DNA from: Candidatus Firestoneibacteriota bacterium
Lineage (GTDB): Bacteria > Oederibacteriota > D2-FULL-39-29 > JBBTED01
Assembly: GCA_038042445.1 (NCBI GenBank)
Contig: JBBTED010000162.1
Location: forward strand, 1-17,533
Direction of reading: 5' to 3'
DNA: 17,533 nucleotides
Part shown: positions 7,292-14,761 of the stretch, in pieces
Layout: every line of letters starts with the position of its first letter
How positions within the stretch are numbered: position 1 is the first letter of the stretch
Position numbers and translations under genes: made by a program
Notes under the pieces: model-generated
The model's input: the letters and a program-made list of their open reading frames with translations, nothing else
Told to the model about the DNA's origin: nothing
The model's database searches: none

Positions 7292-8098
7292 ATGATAAAA
7301 ATAATAGTTGCAGGTGCTGTAGGGAAAATGGGGTCTGCTATAATTAAAGTTATTTCTTCTGATTATAATTTTAAATTGGTTGGTGCAACTGAGCAATCTT
7401 CTAATAAATTATTAAATCAAGATGCCGGAGAAATTGCAGGTATCGGCAATATAGGTGTTAAAATAATTTCTGATTTGACGCAGATAATTTCTGAATGTGA
7501 TGTTGTAATAGATTTTACTTCGCCAAAATCCAGTTTGGAAAATATAAAAATTGCAAGCACTGCAAATAAGGCAATGGTTATAGGAACAACAGGGTTATCT
7601 TCTGAAGATAAAAAAGAAATAGAAAAATTTACGAAAAATATTCCTTGTGTTATGTCTCCTAATATGAGTATAGGTGTGAATATTTTATTTAAACTTGCAA
7701 AGGATGTAGCTGCTATTTTGGGAGAAGATTTTGATACAGAAATAATTGAGGCACATCATAGGTTTAAAAAAGATGCCCCAAGTGGAACTGCTGTGCATCT
7801 TGCTGAAATTATTGCACAGGCAAAAGGTGTTAATATTGAAGAATCCGGTGTGTATGGGAGAAAAGGTATAACAGGTGAAAGAGATAGCAAATCAATTGGT
7901 GTGTTGGCAGTGAGAGCTGGTGATATTGTTGGTGACCATACAGTTATGTTTGGAGGAATTGGTGAAAGGTTAGAACTAATTCACAGGGCACATAGCCGTG
8001 AGACTTTTGCAAGAGGAGCTTTAAGAGCTGCGAAATATGTTGTTAATGCAAAACCAGGTTTGTATGATATGCAGGATGTATTAAATATCAAAAGTTAA
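7292..8098 (+). CDS. dapB: 4-hydroxy-tetrahydrodipicolinate reductase
   Basis: GAVGKMG, DVVIDFT, VIGTTG, SPNMSIGVN, EIIEAHHRFKKDAPSGTA, RAGDIVGDH. Confidence 0.97.
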   Translation: MIKIIVAGAVGKMGSAIIKVISSDYNFKLVGATEQSSNKLLNQDAGEIAGIGNIGVKIISDLTQIISECDVVIDFTSPKSSLENIKIASTANKAMVIGTTGLSSEDKKEIEKFTKNIPCVMSPNMSIGVNILFKLAKDVAAILGEDFDTEIIEAHHRFKKDAPSGTAVHLAEIIAQAKGVNIEESGVYGRKGITGERDSKSIGVLAVRAGDIVGDHTVMFGGIGERLELIHRAHSRETFARGALRAAKYVVNAKPGLYDMQDVLNIKS

Positions 8099-8124
8099 AA
8101 TGCAAAGTGCAAAATGTAAAATTA
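8083..8124 (+). repeat. Six degenerate tandem heptamers spanning the dapB stop
   Basis: AAATATC-AAAAGTT-AAAATGC-AAAGTGC-AAAATGT-AAAATTA. Confidence 0.5.
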
Positions 8125-8137
8125 CAGAAAGGATTAT

Positions 8138-9316
8138 ATGAAACATAATTTTTCAAAAAGACTTGATTGTTTGCCACCTTATTTATTTATTGAAATTGAT
8201 AAGATGAAAAAAAAGGCTTTGGCAGAGGGTAAAAATCTTATTGATTTGGGAATTGGTGATCCTGATTTACCTACACCAAAACCAATTATTGAAGAATTAA
8301 AAAAAACGTGTGAGGATGCTAAATATCACAGGTATCCACTGGGAACAGGTCTTATACAATTTCGTGAGGCAGTGGCAAATTGGTATAAAAGACGGTTTGA
8401 TGTTGAGCTTGAACCGAAATCTGAAGTGGTGACACTTATTGGTTCAAAAGAAGGTATTGGTCATATTCCACTTGCATTTGTTAATCCGGGAGATGTTGTT
8501 CTTGTGCCAAATCCTGGGTATCCTGTATATAATGCAAGCACTGTATTTGCAGGCGGAAAACCTTTTATGATGCCTATTACAGAAAAAAATAACTGGGTTC
8601 CGGATTTGAATAGCATACCAAAAAATTTACTTAAAAAAACAAAATTGATGTTTTTAAATTATCCGAATAATCCTACATCTGCTGTTGCTACAAGAGAATT
8701 TTTTGAAGAAGTTGTGAGATTTGCAAAAAAACACAATATAATTGTTTGTCATGATGCTGCGTATTCTGAAATTTATTTTGGCAATGAAAAACCTTTGAGT
8801 TTTCTTCAGGTAAACGGTGCTAAGGATGTAGGTATAGAATTTCATTCTTTATCAAAAACTTTTAATATGACTGGCTGGCGTATAGGATTTGCAGTTGGAA
8901 ATAAAGAAATTGTTCGTGGTCTTGCAAAAGTGAAGGAAAATCTTGATTCCGGAGTTTTTGAAGCAATACAGATGGCGGGTATTAAAGCTTTAAATTTACC
9001 GGATGCTAATACTGAAAATATAAGAAAAGAATACGAGAAACGCAGGAATATTTTATTAACTGGTTTAAAAGAAATTGGTTTAGAAGTGGGTGAAACAAAA
9101 GCTACTTTCTATGTATGGATAAAAGTACCTCAAGTATATAAAAAAACAAAATCACCTTCTTCTGAATTTGTTGCCTTTTTATTGCAACAATGTGGTATTA
9201 TTAGTACGCCTGGTGTTGGGTTTGGAAAATATGGTGAGGGTTATATCAGAATGACACTTTGTGCTAGTAGTGCTAAATTAGAAGAAGCAATTTTCAGAAT
9301 GAAACAGAATTTGTGA
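8138..9316 (+). CDS. dapL: LL-diaminopimelate aminotransferase (class I PLP aminotransferase)
   Basis: LPPYLF, DLGIGDPDLPTP, LIGSKEGIGH, LNYPNNPT, HDAAYSE, EFHSLSKTFNMTGWRIG, TPGVGFGKYGEGYIR; directly follows dapB. Confidence 0.88.
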   Translation: MKHNFSKRLDCLPPYLFIEIDKMKKKALAEGKNLIDLGIGDPDLPTPKPIIEELKKTCEDAKYHRYPLGTGLIQFREAVANWYKRRFDVELEPKSEVVTLIGSKEGIGHIPLAFVNPGDVVLVPNPGYPVYNASTVFAGGKPFMMPITEKNNWVPDLNSIPKNLLKKTKLMFLNYPNNPTSAVATREFFEEVVRFAKKHNIIVCHDAAYSEIYFGNEKPLSFLQVNGAKDVGIEFHSLSKTFNMTGWRIGFAVGNKEIVRGLAKVKENLDSGVFEAIQMAGIKALNLPDANTENIRKEYEKRRNILLTGLKEIGLEVGETKATFYVWIKVPQVYKKTKSPSSEFVAFLLQQCGIISTPGVGFGKYGEGYIRMTLCASSAKLEEAIFRMKQNL

Positions 9317-9729
9317 AATTAGAGCATATAGCATATATAGGTTTGGGTTCTAATTTAGGAAATAGGGTAAGTAATATAAAAAAGGCGGTAAAACTGCTTA
9401 AAATAAAACAAGAAATTAGAGTAGAGAAAACTTCTTCGCTTTATGAAACTGAACCTGAGGGTTATAAAAATCAACCTAAATTTATAAATGCTGTAACAAG
9501 GATAAAAACAATTTTAAAACCACATAAATTACTTAGTAAATGTAAAGATATTGAAAAAAAATTAAAAAGAAAAAGAACAAAACGGTGGGGACCAAGAATA
9601 ATAGATTTAGATATTCTTATGTATGATAGCATAAAAGTGAAGTCAAAAAGACTTGTTCTTCCACATCCAAGAATGAATAAGCGAAAATTTGTTCTTGAGC
9701 CATTGAAGGAAGTGTTGAAAGATAAATGA
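9313..9729 (+). CDS. folK: 2-amino-4-hydroxy-6-hydroxymethyldihydropteridine diphosphokinase
   Basis: AYIGLGSNLG, SSLYETEP, FINAV, RWGPRIIDLDIL, LPHPRM.RKFVLEPL; GTG start overlaps the dapL stop (GTGA). Confidence 0.97.
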   Translation: MKLEHIAYIGLGSNLGNRVSNIKKAVKLLKIKQEIRVEKTSSLYETEPEGYKNQPKFINAVTRIKTILKPHKLLSKCKDIEKKLKRKRTKRWGPRIIDLDILMYDSIKVKSKRLVLPHPRMNKRKFVLEPLKEVLKDK

Positions 9730-10361
9730 AACATAAATTTATAATAGTAGAAGGTCCTATAGGTGTTGGAAAAACAACTTTAGTTGACTTATTGGGTAAA
9801 GAATTAAATGCACAGATAATGTATGAGGAAGGGAATGAAAACCCTTTTTTGGAAAAATTTTACACAGACAAAAAAGCGTATGCATTTCAGACGCAAATTT
9901 ATTTTTTGGTAAGCAGATATAAACAGCATCAGCAATTGATACAACCAGAGCTTTTTAAAAAGGTTACTATATGTGACTATATGTTTGCCAAAGATAAAAT
10001 TTTTGCATACCTGAATTTAGATGAAAAAGAACTTGTATTGTACGAAAAACTTTATGCAATGCTAAAATCATCAGCTCCTGTGCCTGATTTGGTGATATAT
10101 CTGCAGGCAGATGTCCATACGTTAATTCATAGAATACGACAAAGAGGTAAGCAATATGAGCAAAAAATGTCAATAGAATATCTTGAAGAATTAATCAAAG
10201 CATATAACCATTTCTTTTTCAATTATAACGAATCTCCATTGCTTGTTGTGAATACCAATAATGTAGATTTTGTGCATAAACCTGGAGATTTTCATAATCT
10301 ACTTGACCAGATAAAAAATATGTCAGTTATGACAAAATATTACACTCCTGTAGGCGTTTAA
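9726..10361 (+). CDS. Deoxynucleoside kinase (dCK/dGK family)
   Basis: IVEGPIGVGKTT P-loop, NPFLEKFY, AFQTQIYFL.SRY, PDLVIYLQA, RIRQRGKQYE. Confidence 0.92.
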   Translation: MKHKFIIVEGPIGVGKTTLVDLLGKELNAQIMYEEGNENPFLEKFYTDKKAYAFQTQIYFLVSRYKQHQQLIQPELFKKVTICDYMFAKDKIFAYLNLDEKELVLYEKLYAMLKSSAPVPDLVIYLQADVHTLIHRIRQRGKQYEQKMSIEYLEELIKAYNHFFFNYNESPLLVVNTNNVDFVHKPGDFHNLLDQIKNMSVMTKYYTPVGV

Positions 10362-10382
10362 ATATTAATCCGTAGACATAAA

Positions 10383-10435
10383 TTGTAGTTGCCGATTTAT
10401 CGGCGTTTTTTTTGCTGATAAATCAGCGACTACAA
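10383..10435. repeat. GTAG-type REP doublet (second subfamily)
   Basis: GTAGTTGCCGATTTATCGGCG (10385-10405) and inverted GCTGATAAATCAGCGACTAC (10414-10433); TTTA loops and a compensatory stem change. Confidence 0.85.
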
Positions 10436-10455
10436 ATAAAAAAATAATTGTATTT

Positions 10456-11343
10456 ATGAAAATTATAAAAAGTATAAAAGAAATGCAGAAATGGTCTGAC
10501 AAAATCCATAAAACAGGTAAAACTATTGGGTTTGTTCCGACTATGGGGTATTTTCATAAAGGGCATTTAAGTTTGATGGAAAATGCAAAAAAAAATTGTG
10601 ATTTTGTAATAATAAGCATTTTTGTAAATCCAACACAATTTGTGGCTGGTGAAGATTATGAAGCATATCCACGTGATATCAAGAAAGATACTGAATTAGC
10701 ACAAAAAGCCGGAGTAGATATAATATTTTTACCAAGTGTCCAAGGAATGTATCCTGATAAATATTCTACTTATGTGAATGTCCAAGGAAATTTAACTTCA
10801 GCACTTTGTGGAAAATTCAGACCAGGTCATTTTAAAGGAGTTACTACAATTGTGGCTAAACTTTTTAATATTGTAAAACCAGATAAAGCGTATTTTGGCC
10901 AAAAAGATGCTCAGCAGTGTGTAGTTATAAAACGTATGGTTAAAGATTTGAATTTTGATTTAGATGTGGTTGTGTTACCGACATATAGAGAAAAAAATGG
11001 TTTGGCTTTAAGTTCCAGAAATGTATATCTTAGTGAAGAAGAGAAAAACAAGGCATCTATTTTATATAAAGTTTTGAAATATGCTAAAGCTAAAATTAAA
11101 TCCGGCGAGCAAAATGCAAATAAAATTATATCGGAAATGAAAAGGAAAATAATAGCTGTTGAGAATAATGCCAAAATAGATTATATCTCAATAGTTGACC
11201 CTGAAACACTTGAGGATATTAAAATAATAAATAAAAATGTGCTTATAGCACTTGCTGTGAAAATCGGTAAAGCCCGTTTAATTGATAATATTACGGTAAA
11301 AATACCCCCTCTTTGGAAAAGAGGGGTAGGGGAGATTTCATAA
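10456..11343 (+). CDS. panC: Pantoate--beta-alanine ligase
   Basis: GFVPTMGYFHKGH, SIFVNPTQF, RPGHFKGV, YFGQKDAQQ, GLALSSRN, RLIDN. Confidence 0.97.
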   Translation: MKIIKSIKEMQKWSDKIHKTGKTIGFVPTMGYFHKGHLSLMENAKKNCDFVIISIFVNPTQFVAGEDYEAYPRDIKKDTELAQKAGVDIIFLPSVQGMYPDKYSTYVNVQGNLTSALCGKFRPGHFKGVTTIVAKLFNIVKPDKAYFGQKDAQQCVVIKRMVKDLNFDLDVVVLPTYREKNGLALSSRNVYLSEEEKNKASILYKVLKYAKAKIKSGEQNANKIISEMKRKIIAVENNAKIDYISIVDPETLEDIKIINKNVLIALAVKIGKARLIDNITVKIPPLWKRGVGEIS

Positions 11344-11402
11344 ACTATAAGTAAACCCATATTTTTTAAAATCCCCCTTAATCCCCCTTTTTCAAAGGGG
11401 GA
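11303..11402. repeat. CCCCC/GGGGG-tract repeat pair between convergent panC and araC; first unit lies inside panC
   Basis: TACCCCCTCTTTGGAAAAGAGGGGTAGGGGAGATTT (11303-11338) and inverted AAAATCCCCCTTAATCCCCCTTTTTCAAAGGGGGA (11368-11402). Confidence 0.85.
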
Positions 11403-11409
11403 AATATTT

Positions 11410-12294
11410 TTACTTGCTTGAGAATTGATTGATGTATTCTTGCGGGGTTTTTAAAAAGAATTTTTTGAATAAATGGTGGAAATGGCTGTTATCATAAAAT
11501 CCCCAGCGGGTAGCAATTGTTTCCATTTTATCTTTTCCTAATATAATATCACGTATAGCCATATGTAATTTGATTTGCATATGAAATTTAAAAAAACTTG
11601 TTCCCATCGTTTTTTTAAAAATCTCATTAAATCTTGGTTTGCTTAAATTAGATATATCAGCAGCATTATGAAGATGCATATCATTTTGTGAATATTTGTA
11701 AATAGTTTTGAGGGCTGGTTCTATTTTTTTAAAATTGTTATAGCTGTTTAATGGAGAATGTGTTTTTATACCTTTGCACTGATTTAAAAGTTCTATTAAT
11801 ATCCTTTTTAGATTCAGCCGTATAGAATTTTCCCAGTTATTTGGCCGTTTGGTATGTAAGTGCAAAATATCATCTGCCAATGATAACACATTAAGTTTTG
11901 TTGAGTGTGGATTAAATGATTTCGGTCTGTTTTTTGAAAATCGTGATATAAATGGAATAAGTAGTTTTATATCATCTGGCTCCTGCAAAATAAATTCAGG
12001 TAAAAATATAATAACTAATAATTTAGTGAATGGCTCTAAATTTTTTCCGCCATGTGGTTCCCAGATTCCTTCATAATAGAATTCTCCTTTTTTTATAATA
12101 TGCATACTTTTTTCATAAATCTGCAGAAATTTTCCTTCTAAAACTATTACAAGGCAACATATAGGATGTATATTAAATTCTGTTTTGGTAATGGTATTAT
12201 AATTATGAAGTAAAACATCAAATGGTTTTTTTGAAGTTAAATTACCCTCAAATAATTGAGGTTGTCTGGTAATATTTGTTACATTTTTTTGCAT
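11410..12294 (-). CDS. AraC-family transcriptional regulator with N-terminal cupin-like domain
   Basis: HP...LVIVLEG...PHG cupin pattern; C-terminal AADISNLSKPRFNEIFKKTMGTSF and IATRWGFYDNSHFHHLFKKFFLKTPQEY double HTH; divergent from the catabolic operon. Confidence 0.92.
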   Translation of the reverse strand: MQKNVTNITRQPQLFEGNLTSKKPFDVLLHNYNTITKTEFNIHPICCLVIVLEGKFLQIYEKSMHIIKKGEFYYEGIWEPHGGKNLEPFTKLLVIIFLPEFILQEPDDIKLLIPFISRFSKNRPKSFNPHSTKLNVLSLADDILHLHTKRPNNWENSIRLNLKRILIELLNQCKGIKTHSPLNSYNNFKKIEPALKTIYKYSQNDMHLHNAADISNLSKPRFNEIFKKTMGTSFFKFHMQIKLHMAIRDIILGKDKMETIATRWGFYDNSHFHHLFKKFFLKTPQEYINQFSSK

Positions 12295-12468
12295 AATTAA
12301 TTATATCATTGGGCAAAATAAAAATACAATAAAATCATCATTTTTTACACACGATACTATTTGCAATTTCATAAAATAACGACATATATTATAATAAAAG
12401 GAGAAATTTTTGTGGAAAAAGTTATTACTAATAGATGTTTAATTTGCTGTAATAGGTAAGTGGTTTTA

Positions 12469-12543
12469 TGTAGGGCAAGGCTTTAGCCTTGCTTAATATA
12501 AGCACGACCCACTAAAGTGGGTGCTCCGAAGGTTTGCCCTACA
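12469..12543. repeat. GTAG-type REP doublet with a nested GGAG-type hairpin
   Basis: GTAGGGCAAGGCTTTAGCCTTGC (12470-12492) ... GAAGGTTTGCCCTAC (12528-12542); between them ACCCAC-TAAA-GTGGGT-GCTCC (12507-12527). Confidence 0.8.
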
Positions 12544-12587
12544 GTATAAAACTTTTTACATTACCGTTTTAAAAAAGGGGGAATAAA

Positions 12588-13598
12588 ATGTTAGAAAATC
12601 CGACAGTTATTTTTAAAAAACCTTTAGATGTTGTTCTTGAGAATACATCTATGCCGTCTATAGGATATGGTGAAGTTTTAATTCAAACGAGCAGAACATT
12701 GATAAGTACTGGTACAGAATTAACTATTTTAAGTGGTGAATTTCCTAAAGAATCTGCTTGGGCAGAATATGGGAAATATCCATTTTTAGCCGGATATTCC
12801 AATATTGGAGTTGTTGTAGAAATTGGAGAAGGAGTAGATGCATCATGGAAAAATCAGCGAGTAGCAAGTTTTAGTGGACATTCTAAATATGTAAAAAGTC
12901 CGGTAGAATCTGCAAAAAAAGTCTCAGATGGAATTTCAGATGAGCAAGCAGCATTTTTTACAATAGCTGAAGTTGTTATGAATGGTGTGCGTCGTGGACA
13001 AATTCAGTTTGGAGAATCTGTTGTAATTTACGGATTAGGGCTTTTAGGACAATTGACTGCACAGTTTTCAGGTATTTGCGGTGCCAAGCCGGTAATTGGT
13101 ATTGATGTAGCACAAACCAGACTTGATTTACTTCCAAAAAAACCTTCTATTATAGGAGTGAATTCACAAAATTGTGACATTATAGAAAAAGTAAAAGAAT
13201 TAACTAAAGGCAGAATGGCAGATGTAATATTTGAATTAACAGGAAATCAGAATTTAATTCCAAAAGAATTTGCATTGTTAAAAAAGAAGTTAGGAAGATT
13301 TATTGTGCTAAGCAGTCCGCGTGGAGCAGTGTTATTTGATTTTCATGATTTGTGCAATAGACCAAGTTTTACAATTATTGGTATTCATCATAATTCACAT
13401 CCGGAATATGAAACATCAGGTAACCCTTGGACACAAAGTAGGCATACAGAATTATTTTTTGATTATGTAAAAGATGGTGAAATAAAATTAGATAATTTGA
13501 TCAGTCATCGTGCGAAATTTTCTCAGGCTCCTGAGTTATACAAAATGTTACTTAAAGACAGAGCACAAGCAATGGGAGTAATTTTAGAATGGGAATAA
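12588..13598 (+). CDS. MDR-superfamily dehydrogenase, ISxGTE subgroup (BchC-like), probably acting on a sugar/polyol
   Basis: LISTGTEL, YPFLAGYSNIGVV, Rossmann VVIYGLGLLGQL, DVIFELTG, LISHR; no four-Cys structural Zn lobe. Confidence 0.85.
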   Translation: MLENPTVIFKKPLDVVLENTSMPSIGYGEVLIQTSRTLISTGTELTILSGEFPKESAWAEYGKYPFLAGYSNIGVVVEIGEGVDASWKNQRVASFSGHSKYVKSPVESAKKVSDGISDEQAAFFTIAEVVMNGVRRGQIQFGESVVIYGLGLLGQLTAQFSGICGAKPVIGIDVAQTRLDLLPKKPSIIGVNSQNCDIIEKVKELTKGRMADVIFELTGNQNLIPKEFALLKKKLGRFIVLSSPRGAVLFDFHDLCNRPSFTIIGIHHNSHPEYETSGNPWTQSRHTELFFDYVKDGEIKLDNLISHRAKFSQAPELYKMLLKDRAQAMGVILEWE

Positions 13599-13606
13599 TG
13601 GAGGGT

Positions 13607-13650
13607 TTTCCCCCTTTGAAAAAGGGGGATGAAGGGGGATTTAAGGGGGT
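13607..13650 (+). repeat. CCCCC/GGGGG-tract repeat inside the operon, overlapping the SD of the next gene
   Basis: TTTCCCCCTTTGAAAAAGGGGGATGAAGGGGGATTTAAGGGGGT ends 6 nt before ATG 13657. Confidence 0.8.
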
Positions 13651-13656
13651 ATAACT

Positions 13657-14757
13657 ATGACTAAAAACGGTAAAGTAAAAGTTGGAATTATCGGGTCCCA
13701 ATTTCAGGCTGATATTCATATAGCGTCTATACAAATGGGTGAGATAGCTGAAGTTGTTGCTGTAGCATCACCAACTCCGGGGAATGCTAATAAGTTAGCA
13801 AAGAAATATAATATCCCAAAAATTTTCCTGGATTACAGAGAGATGCTTAAAGAAAAAGACATTGAGATGGTGACTATTGCTGCTCCGAATAGGTTTCATT
13901 CGCAAATGACTATTGATATTGCTAATGCAGGTAAACACGTTGTGTGTGAAAAACCATTATGTATGACGCTCGAGGAAGCTGATGAAATGATAAATATTTG
14001 CAAACGAAAAGGTGTGTTGTTGATGTATGCAGAGGAGTTGTTTTTTACACCTAAATATGTTCGTGCAAAACAGTTAGCTGATGAAGGTGCATTTGGCAAA
14101 GTGTATCAGGTTAGGCAAAGTGAAAAACATTCAGGTCCGCACGCTAAATGGTTCTGGGATGTCCAAAAATCTGGTGGAGGAGTATTGATGGATATGGGGT
14201 GCCATGGTATAGCATTTGCTTATTGGTTTTATAACCGCGTTCCAATAAAAAATGTTCTATGTCAGATGGGAACTTATGTTCATAAAGCAATTACCAAAGG
14301 AGAAGATAATAGTATTTGTATTTTAGAATTTAAAGACGGTAGCACAGCGTTAATTGAGAATAGTTGGGCGAGACTTGGTGGAATGGATGATCGTATTGAA
14401 GTGTTTGGTTCAAAAGGATGCACTTATGCTAATTTGCATATGGGTAATGCATTGAATACTTATAGTGAATGTGGTTACGGATATGTTGTTGAAAAAGCAG
14501 CTACTACAAAAGGTTGGACATTTACTACTTATGAAGAATTATGGAACTATGGATTTCCTCAGGAGATGGCTCATTTTGCTCGTTGTGTTCGTGGTAAGGA
14601 TGTTTCTCAGTCTACTGGTGAAGATGGCCGTGTTGTTCAGGAAGTGTTGTATGCTGCATATAAATCAGCAGGAAAAGGTGCAAAAGTAGAATTACCATTT
14701 CGTCCCAAAGGTATTAAAAGACCAATTGATTTATGGTTAAAGTCAACAGGGAGGTAA
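13657..14757 (+). CDS. Gfo/Idh/MocA-family NAD(P)-dependent oxidoreductase
   Basis: KVGIIGS, DYREML, PNRFH, AGKHVVCEKPL, SGGGVLMDMGCH. Confidence 0.93.
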   Translation: MTKNGKVKVGIIGSQFQADIHIASIQMGEIAEVVAVASPTPGNANKLAKKYNIPKIFLDYREMLKEKDIEMVTIAAPNRFHSQMTIDIANAGKHVVCEKPLCMTLEEADEMINICKRKGVLLMYAEELFFTPKYVRAKQLADEGAFGKVYQVRQSEKHSGPHAKWFWDVQKSGGGVLMDMGCHGIAFAYWFYNRVPIKNVLCQMGTYVHKAITKGEDNSICILEFKDGSTALIENSWARLGGMDDRIEVFGSKGCTYANLHMGNALNTYSECGYGYVVEKAATTKGWTFTTYEELWNYGFPQEMAHFARCVRGKDVSQSTGEDGRVVQEVLYAAYKSAGKGAKVELPFRPKGIKRPIDLWLKSTGR

Positions 14758-14761
14758 TATT

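Noticed and set aside
12295..12587. Cobalamin riboswitch in the operon leader
   Set aside because: No AGGGAA/CGGTG/GCCACTG-type core is seen; the structured part is explained by REP hairpins. An Infernal/Rfam scan would settle it.
6106..13650. CRISPR array interpretation of the palindromic repeats
   Set aside because: Copies are dispersed, inverted and variable, with no regular repeat-spacer periodicity and no cas genes.
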